From contig CAMHAH010000016.1 of assembly GCA_946183365.1 (NCBI GenBank), positions 84-64,083 of the forward strand: a stretch of DNA of 64,000 nt. The letters are read 5' to 3'. The stretch's first letter is position 1. Each line of letters begins with the position of its first letter. The stretch comes from an uncultured Clostridia bacterium (GTDB lineage Bacteria > Bacillota > Clostridia > Oscillospirales > Acutalibacteraceae). The notes under the pieces were generated by a model. It was not told the DNA's origin. It searched no databases and was given only the letters and a program-made list of their open reading frames with translations. This document shows, in pieces, positions 8,889-17,452 of this stretch. A program made the position numbers and the translations under genes.

Positions 8889-11045
8889 TTATTTCTTAGA
8901 AGCGGTTTTCTTGGCGGTTGTCTTTTTCTTAACTGCCTTTTTGACCTCTTCTACCTTATCCTCGATAGCGTCTGCTTTATCCTCTATCTTCTTTTTTGCG
9001 GTAGTTTTTTTCTTTTTGATGTCCTTCTTGACCTCGTCCGCTTTCTGCTCTGCCGCTTTCTTCTTTGCTGCGCGTGTAGCGGCGGCTTTCTTGGCTGCTT
9101 CCTTACGCTTCTCGGCAGCCTTCTCAGCGGCGATCTCCTTGGGGCTCTTTTCCTTCTTCATCAGCTTGAGGTACAGAGCGCTCATCGGAGGCAGGTTGAG
9201 ATAGATGCACTGATCAAAGCCGTGCATAGCTTCGTCGACCGCGTGGATCTCGGTGCCGTTGGTCTTGCCGGTACCGCCGTACTGCTCGTCATCGGAGTTA
9301 AATACTTCGCCGTAAACGCCGAAATCGGGAACGCCGATACCGTAGTTCTCACGGTACATAGGCTGGAAGTTGCATACAACGATGATGTTGTTGCCTTCCT
9401 TGTCGATACGGCGGAACGCGATAACGCTCTGCTGATAGTCGTCGTGATGGATCCAGTTGAAGCCTTCCCATGTGAAGTCGACCTGATACATACAGGTGTT
9501 TGCCTTATAGAACTCGTTGAGAGCGCGGAAGAAGTCGTTGAGCTTCTTATGCTTCTCAAAGCCTAACAGACCCCACTGCAGCTCCTCGGTAGAATTCCAC
9601 TCGTCGAACTGACCGATCTCAGCGCCCATGAAGGTGAGCTTCTTGCCGGGGTGAGCCATCATGTAGGACATGAATACGCGTACGCCCGCAAACTTCATAT
9701 CATAGTCGCCGGGCATTTTGTTTATCAGAGATCCCTTGCCGTAAACGACCTCATCGTGAGAGATGGGGAGGAGGAAGTTCTCTGAGAAAGCATACAGGAA
9801 CGAGAATGTGATGCTGTTGTGGTGATAGGGTCTCCACAGCGGATCGAGCGACATATAAGAGAGCATATCGTTCATCCAGCCCATGTTCCACTTGTAGTCA
9901 AAGCCCAGACCGCCGTCGGATACTGGACGGGAAACCTTAGGCCATGATGTGGACTCCTCAGCGATCATCATAACAGTCGGATGATGCAGGTGAACGGCTG
10001 TGTTCAGTCTCTGGATGAATTCAACAGCCTCGAGGTGCTCGTGACCGCCGTACTTGTTTGCTACCCACTCGCCGTCTCTGCGGTTGTAGTCAAGATAAAG
10101 CATCGAGGCGACAGCGTCAACGCGGATGCCGTCTACATGATACTTATCAAGCCAGAACATAGCTGAAGAAACGAGGAAGGAGATTACCTCATAACGGGCA
10201 TAGTCGAATACATATGTGCCCCATTCCTTGTGCTCGCCCTTGCGGCTGTCCTCATACTCATAGCAGTGGATACCGTCAAAGCGGCCGAGACCGTGAGCGT
10301 CTTTGGGGAAGTGAGCGGGTACCCAGTCGAGGATAACGCCGATACCTTCCTGATGGCAGCGGTCGATGAAGTGCATGAACATATCGGGGCTGCCGTAGCG
10401 GGATGTGGGAGCGTAATAACCGGTTACCTGATAGCCCCATGAACCGTCAAAGGGATATTCGGTCATCGGCATGAACTCGATGTGGGTATAGCCCATTTCC
10501 TTTACATACGGAATAAGCTCATCGGCGAGCTTGTCATATGAGAAGGTATTGCCGTCGGCGTACTTGCGCCATGAACCCGCGTGGACCTCATAGATGTTGA
10601 TGGGGCTCTCAAAGTGGTTGTGCTCCATCTTATACTTATACCAAGCTTCATCATTCCACTGATACTTGTCATAATTGTATATGATAGAGGCGTTGTCGGG
10701 ACGGGTCTGTGTGTGGAAAGCGAACGGATCGGATTTGAGGATCTTCTCAAACCAGGGTGTCTCTACGCAATACTTATAGATCGCGGTCTCGCCGAGGTTG
10801 GGGATCCAGCATTCCCAAACGCCGCCTTCAGAGATCTTGTGCATGTGGTTTGCCATTTGATCCCACCCGTTGAAGTCGCCTACTACGGATACGGTCAGCG
10901 CGTTAGGAGCCCATACGCGGAACATGGTGCCCTGACAGCCGTCGATCCAGAAGTCATGAGCGCCTAAGAACTCATAGGCTCTGACAGCGTCGCCGCCGTG
11001 GAACAGATCAAGGGGGAATCTTTCGTCATTTAAAACATAATTCAT
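8889..11045 (-). CDS. glgB: 1,4-alpha-glucan branching enzyme (GH13_9) with a C-terminal tail of about 90 aa rich in Lys/Ala/Glu
   Basis: GH13 regions (VILDWVPAHF, GIRVDAVASM, MMIAEEST, ISHDE). Start re-set to the ATG at 11045 (AAGGAGA 8 nt upstream). Confidence 0.95.
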   Translation of the reverse strand: MNYVLNDERFPLDLFHGGDAVRAYEFLGAHDFWIDGCQGTMFRVWAPNALTVSVVGDFNGWDQMANHMHKISEGGVWECWIPNLGETAIYKYCVETPWFEKILKSDPFAFHTQTRPDNASIIYNYDKYQWNDEAWYKYKMEHNHFESPINIYEVHAGSWRKYADGNTFSYDKLADELIPYVKEMGYTHIEFMPMTEYPFDGSWGYQVTGYYAPTSRYGSPDMFMHFIDRCHQEGIGVILDWVPAHFPKDAHGLGRFDGIHCYEYEDSRKGEHKEWGTYVFDYARYEVISFLVSSAMFWLDKYHVDGIRVDAVASMLYLDYNRRDGEWVANKYGGHEHLEAVEFIQRLNTAVHLHHPTVMMIAEESTSWPKVSRPVSDGGLGFDYKWNMGWMNDMLSYMSLDPLWRPYHHNSITFSFLYAFSENFLLPISHDEVVYGKGSLINKMPGDYDMKFAGVRVFMSYMMAHPGKKLTFMGAEIGQFDEWNSTEELQWGLLGFEKHKKLNDFFRALNEFYKANTCMYQVDFTWEGFNWIHHDDYQQSVIAFRRIDKEGNNIIVVCNFQPMYRENYGIGVPDFGVYGEVFNSDDEQYGGTGKTNGTEIHAVDEAMHGFDQCIYLNLPPMSALYLKLMKKEKSPKEIAAEKAAEKRKEAAKKAAATRAAKKKAAEQKADEVKKDIKKKKTTAKKKIEDKADAIEDKVEEVKKAVKKKTTAKKTASKK
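8892..9161 (-). other. Lys/Ala/Glu-rich low-complexity tail of GlgB
   Basis: The last ~90 codons read KKEKSPKEIAAEKAAEKRKEAAKK...KKKKTTAKKK...KKKTTAKKTASKK. Confidence 0.9.
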
Positions 11046-11269
11046 AATCTGACTCTCCTTAAAGTAAGAATTGTACATAAAAATACAAGAATATAATATC
11101 AAACTTTTAGGTGAATATCAAGTAAAAATTGAAATTAAATTCCAAACTTTTAGTGCAGTTTTTATAAAAACTGACAACCCTATGGTCAATATGAACAACA
11201 AATCCGTTGATTTTCATCATTAATTCACAAAGAGAAGTAGTTTTGGCTCAGCACCTGAATTTTTAGGTT

Positions 11270-11282
11270 GTGCAATTTGCAC
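11270..11282. promoter_or_regulatory. 13-bp perfect palindrome, candidate operator upstream of glgB
   Basis: GTGCAA-T-TTGCAC. Confidence 0.3.
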
Positions 11283-11347
11283 TAATAATATTTTTGTCGA
11301 ATAATTCGAATTTAGCAATTTATTATTTCCTTTAAGGCAATTTTATC

Positions 11348-11376
11348 TTGACAATCAGCTTGATGTATATTATTAT
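11348..11376 (+). promoter_or_regulatory. Near-consensus promoter about 325 nt upstream of rny
   Basis: TTGACA, 17 nt, TATTAT. Confidence 0.55.
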
Positions 11377-11377
11377 A

Positions 11378-11420
11378 AGTTATGATATCATAATAGTATC
11401 ATTATGACTGTTATGATATC
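11378..11420 (+). repeat. Palindrome/direct-repeat element at the predicted transcription start
   Basis: 12-bp palindrome TATGATATCATA at 11381-11392. GTTATGATATC occurs twice. The 10-bp arms GATATCATAA/TTATGATATC can form a hairpin. Confidence 0.6.
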
Positions 11421-11700
11421 CTGACTACAGATCCAAGGGGAATGTATTCATTTTTTCAATTAGACTCTCTTAGAGAGCCGTTATATATAGATATTTTTTA
11501 CGATTATTACCATTTTCCAACCGCTTGTAAGCATTGAATAATATTATACATTTAGTTACGTATATCGTTTGGTGATTACCCTTATGCGGATAAACTTATT
11601 TCATGTCATTTGACATTTGGTGATACAAAACTGAATATCTGAGTAACGGCACCGTGAGTTGAGTTTGATCAGAAGAATCAAATCAAGGAGGTGTCAAATT

Positions 11701-13251
11701 ATGAATGCTTTGAGTATCATCCTCATAGTGGTCGCCCTTATAGTCGGAGCAGGTATCGGTATCTTTGCCGGCAGCGCGTATCGCAAGAAGGTGGCTGAGG
11801 CTGAGATCGGCAGCGCCGAGCAAGAGGCCAAGCGTATCGTCTCAGACGCTATGAAGACAGCTGAAGCAAAGAAGAAGGAAGCTATCCTTGAGGGTAAGGA
11901 CGAGGTCCATCGCCTCAGAAATGAGAGCGAAAAGGAGCTTTCAGACCGCCGCAAGGAGGTACAGCGCCAGGAGCGCCGTATCCAGCAGAAGGAAGAGACT
12001 CTCGACCGCAAGCTCGATAATGTCGAGAAAAAGGAAGAGAAGGCTAACAAGAAGATCAAAGAAGCCGAGGGGCGACTCGCCGAGGCGGAAACAATCAAGA
12101 AGAGTCAGTTTGAGATGCTCGAGAGGATCTCGGGCTACACTGTAGATCAGGCTAAGGCTTACCTTTTGAGCCAGCTTGAGAGCGAGCTCAACCGTGAGAA
12201 ATCGCTCAAGATCATGGAGTATGAGCAGCAGCTCAAGGATGAGAGCGATAAGCGCGCTCGCAACATCATCTCTCTTGCTATCCAGCGCTGCGCCGCCGAT
12301 CAGGTCGCTGAGGCTACCGTTTCGGTTGTACCGCTGCCCAATGATGAGATGAAGGGTCGTATCATCGGCCGTGAGGGTCGAAACATCCGCGCTATCGAGA
12401 CTATGACAGGCTGCGACCTTATCATCGACGATACTCCCGAGGCCATCACCCTCTCGTGCTTCGAGCCCGTCAGACGTGAGATCGCGAGAGTAGCTCTTGA
12501 GAAGCTTATCTCCGACGGCCGTATCCATCCCGCAAGAGTTGAGGAGATGGTCGAGAAGGCGCGTCGCGAGGTCGAGGCGAGCATCAAGCAGGCGGGTGAA
12601 CGCGCTGTGCTCGACGCAGGCGTACACGGTCTGCATCCCGAGCTTGTCAAGATCTTAGGCAGACTCAAGTATCGTACCAGCTACGGTCAGAATGTTCTGA
12701 ACCATTCGCTTGAGGTCAGCTATATCTCCGGTATGATCGCGTCTGAGCTCGGTCTTGATCCCAAGGTCGCTAAGCGAGCGGGTCTGCTGCACGATATCGG
12801 TAAGGCTCTCGATCATGAGATCGACGGCAGCCATGTTGAGATCGGCGTAGATATCGCGCGCAAGTACAAAGAGAGCGACGCGGTTGTCCACGCTATCCAC
12901 GCTCACCACGGCGATGTAGAGGCTAAGACGGTCGTTGCCTGTATCGTTCAGGCCGCTGACGCTATCTCAGCCGCTCGTCCGGGAGCGAGACGCGAGAACC
13001 TCGAGAACTACATCAAGAGATTGCAGAAGCTCGAAGAGGTCGCTTCATCCTTCAAGGGCGTTGAGACTTCGTTCGCTATCCAGGCGGGTCGTGAGATCCG
13101 TATCATGGTCAAGCCCGAGCAGGTCAAGGATGAGACCATGCCCGCTCTGGCTCGTGATATCTGCAAGAAGATCGAAGAAGAGCTCGAGTATCCGGGTCAG
13201 ATCAAGGTCAACATCATACGCGAGTCCCGCGCTGTTGACTTCGCTAAGTAA
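11701..13251 (+). CDS. rny: Ribonuclease Y
   Basis: N-terminal TM helix, coiled-coil, KH domain ([13 protein letters not shown]), HD domain (LLHDIGKA). ATG at 11701 after AAGGAGGTG. Confidence 0.95.
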   Translation: MNALSIILIVVALIVGAGIGIFAGSAYRKKVAEAEIGSAEQEAKRIVSDAMKTAEAKKKEAILEGKDEVHRLRNESEKELSDRRKEVQRQERRIQQKEETLDRKLDNVEKKEEKANKKIKEAEGRLAEAETIKKSQFEMLERISGYTVDQAKAYLLSQLESELNREKSLKIMEYEQQLKDESDKRARNIISLAIQRCAADQVAEATVSVVPLPNDEMKGRIIGREGRNIRAIETMTGCDLIIDDTPEAITLSCFEPVRREIARVALEKLISDGRIHPARVEEMVEKARREVEASIKQAGERAVLDAGVHGLHPELVKILGRLKYRTSYGQNVLNHSLEVSYISGMIASELGLDPKVAKRAGLLHDIGKALDHEIDGSHVEIGVDIARKYKESDAVVHAIHAHHGDVEAKTVVACIVQAADAISAARPGARRENLENYIKRLQKLEEVASSFKGVETSFAIQAGREIRIMVKPEQVKDETMPALARDICKKIEEELEYPGQIKVNIIRESRAVDFAK

Positions 13252-13263
13252 AAATCGCATGAT

Positions 13264-13297
13264 AAAACACCGTTTCGTAATGAAGCGGTGTTTTTTG
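13264..13297. terminator. Bidirectional terminator (rny / radical SAM gene)
   Basis: 9-bp stem CACCGTTTC/GAAGCGGTG, T6 on the plus strand, A-run upstream. Confidence 0.8.
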
Positions 13298-13319
13298 CGT
13301 TTGTTATCTATATCTGCCT

Positions 13320-14189
13320 TTATCTGTCTTTATAATCCCATTCCGGGACGTATTTTTTGTCTGCCGCTTCGAGCTCCTGAGCGTAGCCGTCGAGCTCGAG
13401 CTCATACATTTTATCGAGTACCTTTCGGTATTCTCTTTTGGTCAGTTTTCGGTTGATATCCGGGTGATCCGCGGCTTTGCCGGCGGGCGTATACTGCGCC
13501 ATCAGGCTGATCGGGATATCCGTGCCCCAGTTTAGCTTTATCAGCTCAAGAACCCCGATACTGTTCTTTGTGTGTGAGGGCAGGACAAGGTGGCGTATTA
13601 TGACCCCTCTTTTCATCAAATTGTCCTTAATGACGATATCTCCGCACTGCCTTATCATTTCATCAATAGCTTTTTCAGCGACAGAAGGATAATCGGGACA
13701 ATCGGAGAGCCGTTTCGCGAGGGCGCTGTCGCTGTACTTGAAATCAGGCAGATAGATATCTATGATACCGTCGAGCTTATTCAGCGTTTCAACCTTATCG
13801 TATCCCGAGCTGTTATATACTATCGGCAAATTTGGTTTATAAATCTCAAAGCTCTCGATTATCGCGTCAACGTAATGCGAAGGTGTTACCAGCTCTATAT
13901 TGTGAACTCCCATGCTCTCAAGCCGCTTGTATTCTTCGCTAAGCTGATACGGGGTGAGGCTCTTACCCTCAGCCATAGCGGATATATCGTAATTCTGGCA
14001 GAAAACGCACCTCATATTACAGCCGCTGAAGAATATCGTACCCGCTCCGCAAGATCCGCTGATAACGGGTTCCTCATCATAGTGAGGAGCGATCCTCGCT
14101 ACCTTTGGCAGAGCTCCCACGCCGCACCTGCCGTATCTGCTTTCACCGCGCTCGATATTACATTCTCTGGGACATTGATTGCACAGCAT
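13320..14189 (-). CDS. Radical SAM protein, PflX-like (COG1313 type)
   Basis: CNMRCVFC radical-SAM triad, plus an N-terminal Cys cluster CNQCPRECN...GRC. Confidence 0.8.
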   Translation of the reverse strand: MLCNQCPRECNIERGESRYGRCGVGALPKVARIAPHYDEEPVISGSCGAGTIFFSGCNMRCVFCQNYDISAMAEGKSLTPYQLSEEYKRLESMGVHNIELVTPSHYVDAIIESFEIYKPNLPIVYNSSGYDKVETLNKLDGIIDIYLPDFKYSDSALAKRLSDCPDYPSVAEKAIDEMIRQCGDIVIKDNLMKRGVIIRHLVLPSHTKNSIGVLELIKLNWGTDIPISLMAQYTPAGKAADHPDINRKLTKREYRKVLDKMYELELDGYAQELEAADKKYVPEWDYKDR

Positions 14190-14243
14190 TATACCACCGC
14201 CTGTATGTTGTGCTTATATCATACCACAGAACGATCTTAAAAG

Positions 14244-14471
14244 CTATACCTCAAAATCGTACAGAAAGTTCTCGATAGCCTCGTCAACCTGTCCAAGCTC
14301 CAGTTTTTCGTCATTAAAAGACGAAACAAGAGATATGATCTTGTCTTTTTCTGTAGATACGTCGCTTATCATCCGCCTATGTCCCCGGCTGTATACCGCT
14401 ATGCCGTAGGTGTGATAGTGTCCGCCTTCACCGTCACTCTTTATCTCGGGAAACCACGCGTATTTTATCAT
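14244..14471 (-). CDS. Small hypothetical protein (75 aa) upstream of the radical SAM gene
   Basis: GAGGTG RBS 5 nt before the ATG. 54-nt gap to the downstream radical SAM gene. No motif recognised. Confidence 0.5.
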   Translation of the reverse strand: MIKYAWFPEIKSDGEGGHYHTYGIAVYSRGHRRMISDVSTEKDKIISLVSSFNDEKLELGQVDEAIENFLYDFEV

Positions 14472-14783
14472 TTACCCACCTCATGTGAATTTAATTCACC
14501 ATGTGAAATTTTATCACCTGTTTATATAAATTGCAATATATTCTACAAAAGTGTAAATAACATTACAGAAAGCGACATTTTCTATCGACATTGTTACAAA
14601 AATATTCTATCGGCTTATAACGCGAAGTCTTGAATTTATATTAATTCTGTGATAATATACTTAGAACAATGTGTAAAACGCTGCCGCGTGTTCCTTGTAA
14701 AAGCGATTGTGATAATATAGCTCTTTTTATAAAGATGTGTTATTATATACGATAGATATATGATCGATTGACGGGTAAGATAT

Positions 14784-15800
14784 ATGGAAAACATGATTTA
14801 CGTGGAAAACCTCCGCAAAGAGTTCAAAAAGATAATAAAAGAACCCGGTATCAAAGGCTCGGTAAAAGCTCTTTTTAAGCCCAAGAAAGAGATCGTCAAG
14901 GCAGTTGACGGTATTTCTTTTGAGGTGCCTAAGGGTGAAATACTCGGATTTCTCGGACCTAACGGAGCGGGGAAGAGCACCGTAATAAAAATGCTTACCG
15001 GTATACTCATGCCTACCTCGGGTATGTGCCGTATCAACGGCAAGATCCCTCAGGAGGATCGTAAGAACTATGTTCGCGAGATAGGCGTCGTGTTCGGTCA
15101 GAGAACACAGCTTTGGTGGGATCTGGCTTTAAGGGAGACCTATGCCGTGCTCAAAGAGATCTATCAGGTTCCCGATGAACAGTATAAAAAGCGTATGGAG
15201 TTCCTCAATGAGGTGCTGGAGCTCGACAGCTTCATCACCAGTCCTGTCCGTACCTTGTCCCTCGGCCAACGTATGCGCGCCGATATAGCGGCTTCGCTCC
15301 TTCATTCGCCCAAGGTTTTGTTCCTTGATGAGCCTACTATCGGTCTTGACGTCGTTGTAAAGGAGAATATCCGCAACGCCATTCGCAAGATCAACGCTGA
15401 GGAAGGCACCACCGTTATACTTACGACCCACGACCTCTCCGATATCGAGCAGCTGTGTGAGCGTATCGTTATGATAGATAAGGGCAAAAAGGTGTTTGAC
15501 GGCGCTATATCCGAGCTAAAGCATAATTTCGGAGATATCAGAACTCTCAACTTTGAGCTCGTTAACGCTCCCGACTTCAAGCTCCTTGACTATAAGAGGC
15601 GTTTCAAACTGAGTGACGCCGATATCAGCGCCGAACGCGATAAAGGCTCGGTAAAGGTCCGCTTTGATACCGCCAAGGTCAGCGTAGAGGATATCATCTC
15701 TTATACTCTGTCTACAGTTCATGTTAAGGATCTCAACATAAAGGATGTTGAGATAGAAGAGATAATCAAGAAGCTGTATCGCCAAGAGGTGAGCATATGA
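14784..15800 (+). CDS. ABC transporter ATP-binding protein (COG4586-like, with a C-terminal extension)
   Basis: Walker A GPNGAGKST, signature LSLGQRMR, Walker B LFLDEPT. Confidence 0.9.
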   Translation: MENMIYVENLRKEFKKIIKEPGIKGSVKALFKPKKEIVKAVDGISFEVPKGEILGFLGPNGAGKSTVIKMLTGILMPTSGMCRINGKIPQEDRKNYVREIGVVFGQRTQLWWDLALRETYAVLKEIYQVPDEQYKKRMEFLNEVLELDSFITSPVRTLSLGQRMRADIAASLLHSPKVLFLDEPTIGLDVVVKENIRNAIRKINAEEGTTVILTTHDLSDIEQLCERIVMIDKGKKVFDGAISELKHNFGDIRTLNFELVNAPDFKLLDYKRRFKLSDADISAERDKGSVKVRFDTAKVSVEDIISYTLSTVHVKDLNIKDVEIEEIIKKLYRQEVSI

Positions 15801-16624
15801 GCCGTATCAAGCGCTTTTTCCGCACCTACAGACCGTTCACGAGAGCGGGTATACAGGAGGCGGTCGCCTATAGAGCGAACTTCATATGCTTTCTCATTGG
15901 TGAGATAATGTCCGCTTTTATAATGTATTTTGTATGGAAGGCGGTTTTCCTCAGTACCGACAGCAAGACCTTCATGGGCTTTAGCATGGAGGATATGGTG
16001 GTGTATCTGTTCATAACCTTTCTTACGGGTTATCTGACCTATTCGGACGGAGCTTTCAGCGTAGGCGAGGAGATCATCGACGGCTCTATCGCCATGCGAA
16101 TGATACGCCCGTGTTCCTTTGAGATGTGCTTTCTCTTTCAGGAGCTCGGTAACCGTATTATCTCGATATCCATGATATTTGTTCCTATCGTGGCGGGAGT
16201 AGAGATCTACAGGTACGCTGTCAGCGGTGTTGTATGCTTTAACATCGGTTATTTCCTGATGTATATCGTCAGCATGATTATCGCGTATATGATATCCTTC
16301 TACTTTAATGTATGCTACGGCTTTATGGCGTTCTTCTTCAAAAACCTTTGGGGTACAACGCTTATAAAAGAGACCGTTGTCGGCTTTCTCTCGGGTGCGA
16401 TAGTACCGCTGGCGTTTTTGCCTCAGGGTCTCGCGGCTGTCCTCAACTTCCTGCCTTTCGCGTCGCTGTCTTATACTCCTGTTATGATTTATATGGGTAT
16501 GTATTCCTACGGTGAGATAGCGTGGCGCATCGGCTTGCAGCTTTTCTGGCTTGTCGTTATGTACGGCGTATCAAAGCTGATATGGCGCAGCGCCGTAAAG
16601 CATCTTTCGGTACAGGGAGGTTGA
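15797..16624 (+). CDS. ABC-2 type permease (DUF990/COG4587-like)
   Basis: 4-nt overlap with the ATPase gene. Six predicted TM helices. Confidence 0.75.
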   Translation: MSRIKRFFRTYRPFTRAGIQEAVAYRANFICFLIGEIMSAFIMYFVWKAVFLSTDSKTFMGFSMEDMVVYLFITFLTGYLTYSDGAFSVGEEIIDGSIAMRMIRPCSFEMCFLFQELGNRIISISMIFVPIVAGVEIYRYAVSGVVCFNIGYFLMYIVSMIIAYMISFYFNVCYGFMAFFFKNLWGTTLIKETVVGFLSGAIVPLAFLPQGLAAVLNFLPFASLSYTPVMIYMGMYSYGEIAWRIGLQLFWLVVMYGVSKLIWRSAVKHLSVQGG

Positions 16625-16628
16625 TGAC

Positions 16629-17417
16629 ATGAGATATATAAGACTTCACCGCATTTTTATCTCTCAGTACCTTAAGAAGCTGATGGAGTATAAGACCGAT
16701 TTCCTCTTAGGGGCTATCGGATTATTGTTCACTCAGATCCTGCAGATAATGTTTCTCGGTATAATCTTCAGTCAGATCCCCGCTCTAATAGGCTGGAGCT
16801 TTGATGAGATACTGTTTATCTACGGCTTTTCGCTGATACCCAAATTCATCGATCATCTGTTTACCGACAATCTGTGGATGGTGGGCTACAGGATAATCCG
16901 CAAAGGTGAGTTTGATAAGTACCTGACCAGACCCATAAACACTCTTTACCATGTTATCGCAGAGAATTTCTGTGTAGACGCTTTCGGAGAGGCTCTTACC
17001 TGTATCCTGCTGCTCGCTTATTCCATACCGAGACTTAATATGCCTTTTCATTGGTATACTATTCCTCTGTGGATAATTGTCACGGTATTCGCGACGCTTA
17101 TCTATACTTCTCTTAAGATCATGACCTCGGCTATATCCTTCTGGACTAAGGCGAGCGGTCATATCACTCATATGCTTTATATGGCTAACGACTTCTCAAA
17201 ATATCCTGTTTCAATATATAATAAGTTTGTTCAGACCGTTATTACATATATATTGCCCTTTGCGTTTACGGCATATTATCCCGCGAGTTACTTTTTGACC
17301 GGCAAAGATCCTTTGTTCTGTATTGGGGGTACCGTTATAGCGGGCACTGTCCTCTTTACTTTGGCGCTGTTTATATGGAACAGGGGACTGAACGCTTACG
17401 AGTCCGCCGGTTCATAA
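16629..17417 (+). CDS. ABC-2 type permease (DUF990/COG3694-like)
   Basis: Follows the first permease after 4 nt. Polytopic hydrophobic profile. Confidence 0.75.
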   Translation: MRYIRLHRIFISQYLKKLMEYKTDFLLGAIGLLFTQILQIMFLGIIFSQIPALIGWSFDEILFIYGFSLIPKFIDHLFTDNLWMVGYRIIRKGEFDKYLTRPINTLYHVIAENFCVDAFGEALTCILLLAYSIPRLNMPFHWYTIPLWIIVTVFATLIYTSLKIMTSAISFWTKASGHITHMLYMANDFSKYPVSIYNKFVQTVITYILPFAFTAYYPASYFLTGKDPLFCIGGTVIAGTVLFTLALFIWNRGLNAYESAGS

Positions 17418-17452
17418 TATAAGCTTAAATAATCATCAACAGAAGTGATATT

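Noticed and set aside
11046-11102. N-terminal extensions in the ORF track. Affected loci: glgB 11046-11102, the amylase lipoprotein 42369-42437, paaK 58737-58817, guaA 3945-3962, glgC 8778-8789, rny 11659-11700, and others.
   Set aside because: These extensions start at TTG/GTG or an unsupported ATG without an SD sequence and add implausible residues. An internal start with a canonical SD and the family-typical N-terminus was chosen instead.
11941-12636. 231-aa minus-strand ORF, plus the ORFs at 11694-12098, 12300-12668 and 12655-12909, all inside rny
   Set aside because: They are antisense or alternative-frame shadows of a confidently identified RNase Y gene. They have no RBS, and their composition is low-complexity and mirror-image (Leu/Ser/Asp-rich).
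13590-14240. 216-aa plus-strand ORF opposite the radical SAM gene. Similar long antisense ORFs occur at 44935-45588 (opposite moaA), 53232-53945 (opposite the ACT and paaK genes), 17425-17925 and 3399-3983.
   Set aside because: Each overlaps a motif-supported gene on the other strand and lacks an RBS. I treated them as shadow ORFs.
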